From: Opitutales bacterium
Lineage (GTDB): Bacteria; Verrucomicrobiota; Verrucomicrobiia; Opitutales; UBA953
Assembly (NCBI GenBank): GCA_017531845.1
Contig: JAFXKI010000003.1
Coordinates: 160,354-200,353, forward strand
Reading direction: 5' to 3'
DNA: 40,000 nucleotides
Part shown: piece after piece, positions 20,031 to 26,584 of the stretch
How positions within the stretch are numbered: position 1 is the first letter of the stretch
Layout: every line of letters starts with the position of its first letter
The notes under the pieces: model-generated
What the model was told of the DNA's origin: nothing
The model's database searches: none
The model's input: only the letters and a program-made list of their open reading frames with translations
Made by a program: the position numbers and the translations under genes

Positions 20031-20624
20031 TTAAAAAAGGATGTTTTTGATTTTCACCCAAAGTTTGGAGAGCCGGCTTTCGGCGACAGTCTTTTGCTCG
20101 GCGAGGAGTTTGCGGACGGCTTCGCGCGTTCCCGCGTCGTTTTGCGCGGCTTTGAGGAGCGCCGTAATATCTTTTTCCGTAAGTTTCTGTCCGGTTGCGA
20201 CCGCCATGCGTGCGGCTTGCAAGACATCCGCAACGCCGGAGACAACGGAGTCGAGCGTGAGTTTCGTCGCGTTCACCTTGCGGGATTTGTAAACGCCCCA
20301 AAGCAGGAGCAATCCGGAGGAAACGGCTCCGATGATGCCGCCCTGGGCTTTGCCGACGGCGAGCGCGCTCTCGACGGTCGCTTCCGTTGCGGCGGAAAGC
20401 TCCGTTTGCGTTTCGACGGCGGAAGCCGGCACTTCGGTTTGCGTTCCCGTAGCGGGATCGGTGGCGAGGTATTTCGTCGAGCCGTCTTCTGCGGGAACGC
20501 CCGTTACGGCGACTTTTTCGCCGGAGGCACTTTGCGTGTAGGCGATTTTTTCGCAGGCGGTGAAGGCAAAGCTCGCGAACAATGCGAGAACAAACAGGAG
20601 GATGTTGGTGATTAGGTTTTTCAT
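20031..20624 (-). CDS. Hypothetical lipoprotein with an additional internal TM segment (spanin-like topology is speculative)
   Basis: The ATG at 20624 gives MKNLITNILLFVLALFASFAFTAC (lipobox). A Thr/Ala/Glu-rich linker follows, then a TM segment GGIIGAVSSGLLLLWGVY and a helical C-terminal tail. The track start 20732 adds a non-hydrophobic extension and is rejected. Confidence 0.6.
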   Translation of the reverse strand: MKNLITNILLFVLALFASFAFTACEKIAYTQSASGEKVAVTGVPAEDGSTKYLATDPATGTQTEVPASAVETQTELSAATEATVESALAVGKAQGGIIGAVSSGLLLLWGVYKSRKVNATKLTLDSVVSGVADVLQAARMAVATGQKLTEKDITALLKAAQNDAGTREAVRKLLAEQKTVAESRLSKLWVKIKNILF

Positions 20625-20734
20625 AAAGGGAAGAATGGGCGGAATGGGAGCACACACCGCCCGGACACGCATGCCCGAGCGGCGGTTTTCACCCTCAAAC
20701 AAAACGACGATTGCGTCTCTCTCAAAAAGCATGC

Positions 20735-20762
20735 GCCCGGTTTAGCGAATGCTAAACCGGGC
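20735..20762 (-). terminator. Perfect 12-bp hairpin, possible second terminator or 5' UTR element
   Basis: GCCCGGTTTAGC, loop GAAT, GCTAAACCGGGC. On the minus strand a T5 run follows after 6 nt. Confidence 0.4.
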
Positions 20763-20852
20763 GTCTAAAAATGCGGCGGAAACCGCGCTTGCGGCGGGGA
20801 AAATGAGATTAAAGGTTAAAGATTAGAGTTTAGAGGTGAACGCGAGGGGGCA

Positions 20853-20884
20853 CAAAAAAGCCGCCGTCGGATTCCGACGGCGGC
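20853..20884 (-). terminator. Intrinsic terminator closing the low-GC minus-strand cassette
   Basis: Stem GCCGCCGTCGG/CCGACGGCGGC (20860-20870 with 20874-20884), preceded on the plus strand by A6, which gives a T6 run on the minus strand. It lies 8 nt after the stop at 20892. Confidence 0.75.
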
Positions 20885-20891
20885 GGGACGT

Positions 20892-21149
20892 TTATCTGTT
20901 CAATGTGGAGATATTAAACTCCGAAAAGCAAGCGTTTATCGAACTTTCTGCCCTGGTTAAGAAAAAGTTTATTTTCCCTGCGATTTCATCGTCTCCGGGG
21001 CGAAACTTCTCATCAGCTAAACGCCTGTATTCGAGAACTTGCGCCTTTGCTGAGTCAACCCCGTTCAAAGAACTTAGATGTTTTTTTCTAAACGACGGAT
21101 CTCCAAGATCCCAGCACCATTTTCGGATTTTTTCGTATAAATCTTTCAT
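20892..21149 (-). CDS. Hypothetical 85-aa protein (last gene of the low-GC cassette)
   Basis: ORF only; no recognisable motif. Followed directly by a strong terminator. Confidence 0.45.
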   Translation of the reverse strand: MKDLYEKIRKWCWDLGDPSFRKKHLSSLNGVDSAKAQVLEYRRLADEKFRPGDDEIAGKINFFLTRAESSINACFSEFNISTLNR

Positions 21150-21277
21150 AAAAAAAAACTATCTTCGGACCATGAAGCCTCCCCGATTCGTTCCTTCGGA
21201 AAAGCCGGACACCTGCTCCTTGTCGGTAATCCTTCCCCTAAACAGGGCACTACCGCAGATGCTTATATCATGCCAAT

Positions 21278-21727
21278 TTATTCTTCCGTTGCATTTCGAG
21301 TTAAGTTGTAGACGCAATATGTTAAAAAAATAATCAAGGTAAGCGAAATCAACGTTGAGGAAAGCAAGATGTTAACAAGCCACGGGAGCGGATATGCAAC
21401 AATTGCAATTGATGCACAAAACACAACCGCAAGCCACATCAACGTAAGGACATGGGTAAAAACGAGGTCGTCAAAACTCCCTCGCTTTTTGTAGTGCTCA
21501 AAATAGGCTCGCCCTCCGAGTGTGAATAAAAATGTGGCGATTGTCGCCAAGAATCCGGCAACCGTAAACGCAAATCCGGATAAAATGGACGAGAGTTCTC
21601 CGGTGTGCGCACAAAATTTCTCCAACAACGGCGCAGAGAAATTACAGCTTAGAATCCCGAAGCAAATGCCCCCAAGCGCTAATGTTGCCAAAACGTGACA
21701 AACTCGAAATATCAGCGTTTCCGTCAT
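21278..21727 (-). CDS. Hypothetical integral membrane protein, about 4 TM helices
   Basis: Four hydrophobic segments: VCHVLATLALGGICFGILS, LSSILSGFAFTVAGFLATIATFLFTL, VFTHVLTLMWLAVVFCASIAIVAY, LVNILLSSTLISLTLIIFLTYCVY. A GGGAGAAAG Shine-Dalgarno-like element sits 5 nt before the ATG. An in-frame TGA lies 15 nt upstream, so this is a separate gene. Confidence 0.65.
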   Translation of the reverse strand: MTETLIFRVCHVLATLALGGICFGILSCNFSAPLLEKFCAHTGELSSILSGFAFTVAGFLATIATFLFTLGGRAYFEHYKKRGSFDDLVFTHVLTLMWLAVVFCASIAIVAYPLPWLVNILLSSTLISLTLIIFLTYCVYNLTRNATEE

Positions 21728-22598
21728 AAAATGCTTTCTCCCTCATCTCTTCAACGCGATCGTTTAGTTGTGCATTTCCGTTAAAGTGGTCGTAAATTTT
21801 TGAAATAATCTCCGACTCCTTCCCCGTGCCGATATCTTCGGTAAATTTACAGTCCCTATCAATTAAATAATCTGCCAACGCGTCTTCTGCAGAAGTACGA
21901 GCACGAACCATCAATTTGTCTCGTCCGTCCCCTTCGGAAGCCGTTTCCAACTGTTTATATACATCACCGATATCCCGCTTCCTTTTGGCACTCAATGTTA
22001 CACAAATATTGTCTATCTTGTCTTTGTCTTTTTCCCTTCCCAAAAGGTTTATAACCCGATTAAAAAGCGGATTTCCTTGCTTTACACGTACTGAAGTGCT
22101 TGCGATTTGTGCCATTGCCTGCGCCTGGGCACTTGTCGTTAACGACCCGACGGACTGTAAAAAAAGAACCCACTTCTTCACTCGGAGTTTCTTTTGGATA
22201 AGCTCGTTCAAAAATTTCTCAAGCGCAGACATACTTGGTCCGCGAAGAGTCGATGCAATTGCAATTACGTCTTCCGACACTGCAAAGTATGAAGCAAATC
22301 CGGCGGTTTCATTTTCCCTTAACCGCTTTTCGATTTCGACAAAAGAAAGCGTCTTCATGTCTACAGCTTTTATAAGCTCTTGAGAGCGCGTCGCGACAAG
22401 CGTGTAAACATTAGGCTTCCCGGTCTCGGACAAGAAAATTGTTTCCCCGTCTCTCCCTTCAAGCCCTTTGGAAAAATCTTTTTCCGAAATACTGACGAAG
22501 TTTTTCAAGATGGGACGCAAATCGCAACACACACGCGGAGGATTTTCCGAACGGGATTTTCGGTTTTTGAAGTAGTAATGGTAGTAGCTGAGTTTCAT
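21642..22598 (-). CDS. Hypothetical 318-aa protein, no recognisable domain
   Basis: Long low-GC ORF on the same strand as its neighbours. Its 3' end overlaps the next gene by 86 nt in another frame. I recognise no known motif. Confidence 0.6.
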   Translation of the reverse strand: MKLSYYHYYFKNRKSRSENPPRVCCDLRPILKNFVSISEKDFSKGLEGRDGETIFLSETGKPNVYTLVATRSQELIKAVDMKTLSFVEIEKRLRENETAGFASYFAVSEDVIAIASTLRGPSMSALEKFLNELIQKKLRVKKWVLFLQSVGSLTTSAQAQAMAQIASTSVRVKQGNPLFNRVINLLGREKDKDKIDNICVTLSAKRKRDIGDVYKQLETASEGDGRDKLMVRARTSAEDALADYLIDRDCKFTEDIGTGKESEIISKIYDHFNGNAQLNDRVEEMREKAFYDGNADISSLSRFGNISAWGHLLRDSKL

Positions 22599-22720
22599 TG
22601 TTTCTTTAGCGGACGATAAAAGGGATTGTGCCGTTTACGCGGCGGATTGGCGGGAGAAGGAGAGACTTTCGAGTGGGGCGGAAACTGTTGTTACCCTCAA
22701 AATCTTTCATTAAGGAGGAT

Positions 22721-23815
22721 TTACCCTTCAGCTGAGTACATTTTGACAGCATTCCGGAGCTTGTCCGCCAATTTGAAAATATCCGTGAGCTTTGAGATTG
22801 CGCATCGGTCCTCCGTACGTGCCTTGTCAACGAAAATGACCTCATGTCGCTTGGTGTTGAACAGGAGTCGGCAAATCGGTTTCCGGTTGTTGTCGTCGAG
22901 AAGAATTGCGCAGTAGCTTTTTGCGTCGCGCATAACGACTCGTTCCGGATCAATATCTTGGGCAAGGATTGCACAAATATATTGATAGGCAGTAACTTCT
23001 TCTTCTGTCGTCACAACTCCGTCTGATTCGGCACCCAAGGGTTCCGGAGCTTGCTCTTGCGGGGGCAAAGAGGTCGTTGACGTATTTTCCTGTGCAGGAG
23101 CGGTGCCGTCTATGGCATTTTGAAGACGCTCGTTTACGCGCCCGGAAACCCATTCGCGAAATGCCTCTCCGACAATCTGCGTAAATTGGATCAGTCGCTG
23201 TTGGTTGAGTACGCCGGAAAAGACTCTTTTTGCGAAAAGTTTTACGAAATCTTCCGATGGCTCCGAATACTCCGCAGAAAGCAGCACTCTAATCTGCTTT
23301 TTGTACTTTAACTCAGATGCGTTGCTCAAAATGTTTTCCTCGTTATAGAGAGACTTCCCAAATTTCTTCAGCTCGTTGGCAATCTTTGTATCTACACGCT
23401 CCATTGAAAATTCAAAGAACGGTTTTTCGTCCATTTTGTTGGGAATCTCAATATCCGTGTAGAACTGATAATCAATCCCGTTTGTCAAAATCGCAAAACG
23501 TGCAGAGGTCGTCGAAAAATAACGGAAGAGTTGAGAAGCGTGATTTAAGTTTAGCTGCGTGCCGACAGACTTGCACTCAATCAAAATAGCCGGACGATCG
23601 CTACGCATGATTACGTAATCCACCTTCTCGTTTTTCTTGGTGCCTACGTCTGCCGTAAATTCGGGAACCACTTCTGAGGGGTCAAACACATCATACCCGA
23701 GTGCCTGAATAACAGGCATGATCAGTGCGTTTTTTGTCGCCTCTTCGGTCTGAAGCATTTCACGAATCTTGGGGATTCTGTTCGCTATTTGAGAAAGTGA
23801 GTCAATTAGATCCAT
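22721..23815 (-). CDS. HsdR_N-type PD-(D/E)xK nuclease-fold protein (type I restriction enzyme R N-terminal-domain-like), 364 aa
   Basis: The N-terminal block TEEATKNALIMPVIQALGYDV...PEF....KVDYVIM....PAILIECK carries a D...E-x-K core, typical of HSDR_N_2-type proteins. The C-terminal half is a conserved-looking unknown domain. Confidence 0.7.
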   Translation of the reverse strand: MDLIDSLSQIANRIPKIREMLQTEEATKNALIMPVIQALGYDVFDPSEVVPEFTADVGTKKNEKVDYVIMRSDRPAILIECKSVGTQLNLNHASQLFRYFSTTSARFAILTNGIDYQFYTDIEIPNKMDEKPFFEFSMERVDTKIANELKKFGKSLYNEENILSNASELKYKKQIRVLLSAEYSEPSEDFVKLFAKRVFSGVLNQQRLIQFTQIVGEAFREWVSGRVNERLQNAIDGTAPAQENTSTTSLPPQEQAPEPLGAESDGVVTTEEEVTAYQYICAILAQDIDPERVVMRDAKSYCAILLDDNNRKPICRLLFNTKRHEVIFVDKARTEDRCAISKLTDIFKLADKLRNAVKMYSAEG

Positions 23816-23843
23816 ACGCGTTATTTTTTAAGGTTAAATTCTT

Positions 23844-24254
23844 TTAGTCGGAGGTCTTTCGGAAAATGTTCGTTACCGTGGATTTTTTCTGTAAGACAGG
23901 AACAAGGTTCCCGTCTTCCGTGATGCGGGCGTTGCGGAGAGGTGTCATACCCAAATTACCGGATTTTGCATATTTTTTAGCGCTCTTCTCCGCGTTTTTA
24001 GAAATTTTAGAGCGCGCTTTCGCCAGCTGATTAAGTGCTTTTGCTCGACCTTTCTCAGTCGACATGTCAAAGCGAGCCCCGCGCCCTCCTATGTATTTCT
24101 GAGGGTTTAAGTTCGTCCCAAAATCTCGATTCAATTTCTCGATAAAGGCAATGCGAATAAACGCCGACAATTCTTTACGAGACAAGAACTTGTCTGCCTC
24201 ATAAAGAACCTCCTCTTGTAGGGTGCATCCTATCATTTTCGACGTTTTCGCCAT
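23844..24254 (-). CDS. Putative ribbon-helix-helix (CopG-like) DNA-binding protein with a basic C-terminal tail
   Basis: From the ATG at 24254: MAKTSKMIGCTLQEEVLYEADKFLSRKELSAFIRIAFIEKLNRDFG fits a beta-strand, helix, helix RHH layout. Start choice is uncertain; the ORF is open to 24338, with alternative ATGs at 24236 and 24296. Confidence 0.5.
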   Translation of the reverse strand: MAKTSKMIGCTLQEEVLYEADKFLSRKELSAFIRIAFIEKLNRDFGTNLNPQKYIGGRGARFDMSTEKGRAKALNQLAKARSKISKNAEKSAKKYAKSGNLGMTPLRNARITEDGNLVPVLQKKSTVTNIFRKTSD

Positions 24255-24333
24255 TGAAAGTATTCTCACACGGCAAAACGGAGAAGACAAAGACATTTTC
24301 AAAAGTAATTTAATTTTTTTTGAAAAATACATT

Positions 24334-24380
24334 GACAAACTAATTTGTCTATTTTTAATAAACTAACAAATTAATTTGTT
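24334..24380. promoter_or_regulatory. Divergent promoter region with two related palindromic operator-like sites
   Basis: GACAAACTAATTTGTC (24334-24349; imperfect palindrome, one mismatched central pair) and AACAAATTAATTTGTT (24365-24380; perfect 16-bp palindrome) share ACAAAnTAATTTGT. TTGACA at 24332-24337 is a consensus -35 for the plus-strand operon. Confidence 0.6.
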
Positions 24381-24398
24381 AAAAAAAAAGAAACATTT

Positions 24399-24749
24399 AT
24401 GAAACACGAATTAAAGAAACATCACGATGCGACCCACCGAGCCGGAGAATTTTTCCCGCAAGGGAAAGCGAAAGAAAACGAGAAGTCGCGGCCTCCTGCA
24501 GATGATGAGTCCACGCGGCTTTTCCGCGAAGCGCTCAAAACGCTCAAGGTATCGGAGCGGAAAGCGCTTCTTGAAAACGCCGCAGTCATTGACGGCTGCT
24601 TGAAGAACGAAATTGAGCACGACGGCAAAGGCTTCCGCCGGAAACGGGGCTATACACTCTTTGTCGAAATCTACGAACCGGTTCCGAAAGAAGCCTTGAG
24701 GGACTTTTTCGGGAGGCTCATCCCCGCCGTGGGCAACGCCAAACACTAA
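24399..24749 (+). CDS. Hypothetical 116-aa protein directly upstream of cas1
   Basis: The ORF ends 12 nt before the cas1 start, on the same strand. No Cas4-type Cys cluster or other motif recognised. Confidence 0.5.
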   Translation: MKHELKKHHDATHRAGEFFPQGKAKENEKSRPPADDESTRLFREALKTLKVSERKALLENAAVIDGCLKNEIEHDGKGFRRKRGYTLFVEIYEPVPKEALRDFFGRLIPAVGNAKH

Positions 24750-24761
24750 CATCTAAACCGG

Positions 24762-25834
24762 ATGAAAACAGAATTAGAAATCGTGAAAGAGGGGTACCGT
24801 GCGGACGTGGCAGAAACGCTTGCCGCGATCGGAGGGAAACTGACGGGCGGGATGCTTGCGGAGCAGGACGGCGAAAGCGTCGACGTCCGCCTCGACGGAA
24901 AATCGATCGGGCGCGTTCCCCTCATCAACCTCGAAGGTATCGTTACACTCGGTTGGGACATTGCCTGTTCGCCGTCGCTCTTAGGCGCGTGCGCCCAGCG
25001 CGGTATCGTTTGAATCCGCACGGAAAATTTCTCGCCGCCGTTCACGGCTATCCGCACGGGAACGTCTTACTGCGCCGCAAACAACATCGTGTCGCGGACA
25101 ATCCGGCGGCATCGCTCGCCATCGCCCGCCGTTGCATTCAAGCAAAATTCGCCAATTGCCGCACGCTTTTGCGCCGCGCGGCACGCGAAGCTAAAGTGCC
25201 GGAAATCGCGGAAAAGCTCGGGCTCTGCGCCGACATTCATCACAACCGGATTGCGGAAACTTCACGTGCACAAAATGCCGATATGCTTCGCGGGATCGAA
25301 GGCGACACCGCCGCGCATTACTTTCGGTTTTTTAACGATTTAATTATTTCTCCCGACGGAAAGATGCGTTTAAACGGGCGTTCCCGCCGGCCGCCGCGCG
25401 ATCCCGTCAACGCGATTTTGAGTTTTCTTTATACTTTGCTCGCACACGATTGCCGTTCCGCGTGCGTTGCCGCAGGGCTCGATCCGCAAATCGGATTTTA
25501 TCACGCAGATCGCCCGGGACGCCCGGGCTTGGCGTTGGATTTAATGGAGGAATTTCGTCCGGTTTTTGCGGATCGCGTTGCGCTTTCGCTCATCAATCGC
25601 CGCCAGCTAAATTCCAAAGATTTTCAGTTCTTTGAAAACGGCGCGGTTTTGCTTTCCGAAGATGCACGAAAAACGCTTCTTCAAGTTTGGCAAGAACGTA
25701 AACGCGAAGAAATTACACATCCGGTTCTGGAGGAAAAAATGCCGCTCGGCTTAGTTCCGCTGATGCAAGCGCGATTGCTCGCGCGCCATCTGCGCGGCGA
25801 TTTTGACTGCTATCTCCCGTTTCTTTGGAAGTAA
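24762..25834 (+). pseudogene. cas1: Type I-C-like Cas1, interrupted by a single-nucleotide frameshift near 25008-25011
   Basis: Frame A (24762-25013) ends ...GRVPLINLEGIVTLGWDIACSPSLLGACAQRGIV then TGA. Frame B continues LNPHGKFLAAVHGYPHGNVLLRRKQHRVADNP...GRSRRPPRDPVNAILSFLYTLL...FYHADRPGRPGLALDLMEEFRP...LPFLWK, collinear with I-C Cas1 (e.g. B. halodurans). One extra T in the run at 25009-25011 would restore the frame. This could be real decay or a homopolymer sequencing error. Confidence 0.85.
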
Positions 25835-25839
25835 AAGCC

Positions 25840-26130
25840 ATGTTTGTTTTGGTTGCTTACGATGTTTCGACCTCGACGCCGGCGGGAACGCGGCGACTTT
25901 CCCGTATTGCGAAAATTTGTAAAAACTTCGGGCAGCGCGTCCAAAATTCAGTCTTCGAATGCCGTGTCGATCCCGCGCAATGGGTTTCCCTGAAGGCACA
26001 GCTTCTGCGCGAATATTCGGCCAAAGAAGATTCGTTGCGCTTTTATTTTTTAAGAAACAACTGGGATCGCCGCGTCGAACACCACGGGAACAATCCCGGC
26101 TTCAACCCCACCCAAGACATTATTTTGTAA
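25840..26130 (+). CDS. cas2: CRISPR-associated endoribonuclease Cas2
   Basis: MFVLVAYDVSTSTPAGTRRLSRIAKICKNFGQRVQNSVFEC...LRFYFL is a typical Cas2. The ATG lies 5 nt after the cas1 stop. Confidence 0.85.
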   Translation: MFVLVAYDVSTSTPAGTRRLSRIAKICKNFGQRVQNSVFECRVDPAQWVSLKAQLLREYSAKEDSLRFYFLRNNWDRRVEHHGNNPGFNPTQDIIL

Positions 26131-26260
26131 GGGACTGCAGGCTTCCGCTGATTTTTCAGCAAAATAAAAAACAATCCGCTTTCGTTTAAAGACAACGAGC
26201 ACGCCTAAGACTGAAATAAGGATTTATTCAAAACCGGAAATTCGTTTTATTGGAAAAATC

Positions 26261-26581
26261 ATGTTGGGATGGATTTACCTCTTGGTCGCCGCAGTGTTTG
26301 AAGTCGGTTGGCCGTTCGGTCTGAAAATGGCGGCAGGCTCGCCGCACAAATTCGCGTGGATCGCCTTCGCCGTCGTAGCCATGACGCTCAGCGGCGTTTT
26401 TCTTTATTTCGCACAAAAAACAATTCCCGTCGGAACCGCCTACGCCGTGTGGACTGGAATCGGTGCCGTTTGCACCTTCGCGATCGGCGTAATCGCGTTT
26501 CACGACGCGCTCAACCTCCTGCGCCTGCTCGGTGCGTTCTTCATCGTCGCCGGCGTCATCCTCCTCAAAATCGCCCACTAA
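26261..26581 (+). CDS. sugE: SMR-family small multidrug resistance / guanidinium exporter (SugE/Gdx)
   Basis: 106 aa, 4 TM segments. Contains ...EVGWPFGLK...PVGTAYAVWTGIGAV..., near-identical to blocks of E. coli SugE. Confidence 0.88.
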   Translation: MLGWIYLLVAAVFEVGWPFGLKMAAGSPHKFAWIAFAVVAMTLSGVFLYFAQKTIPVGTAYAVWTGIGAVCTFAIGVIAFHDALNLLRLLGAFFIVAGVILLKIAH

Positions 26582-26584
26582 TCG

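Noticed and set aside
21278-22598. Kiwa (KwaA 4-TM plus KwaB) assignment for the 318-aa and 4-TM pair
   Set aside because: Gene order is reversed relative to kwaA-kwaB, and I see no similarity between the 318-aa protein and the KwaB sequence as I remember it. It is kept as unknown.
20892-23815. Integron-like gene-cassette array (same-strand ORFs separated by spacers of about 125 nt that could be attC sites)
   Set aside because: No RYYYAAC or GTTRRRY core sites at the spacer ends and no intI gene. The two spacers are inverted relative to each other rather than in direct orientation.
26131-26260. Guanidine riboswitch (ykkC, mini-ykkC or guanidine-III) upstream of sugE/gdx, and a degenerate CRISPR array after cas2
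   Set aside because: The region is AT-rich. It has no paired ACGR-loop hairpins and no ykkC conserved blocks, and no sequence resembling the GTCGC...ATTGAAAC repeat.
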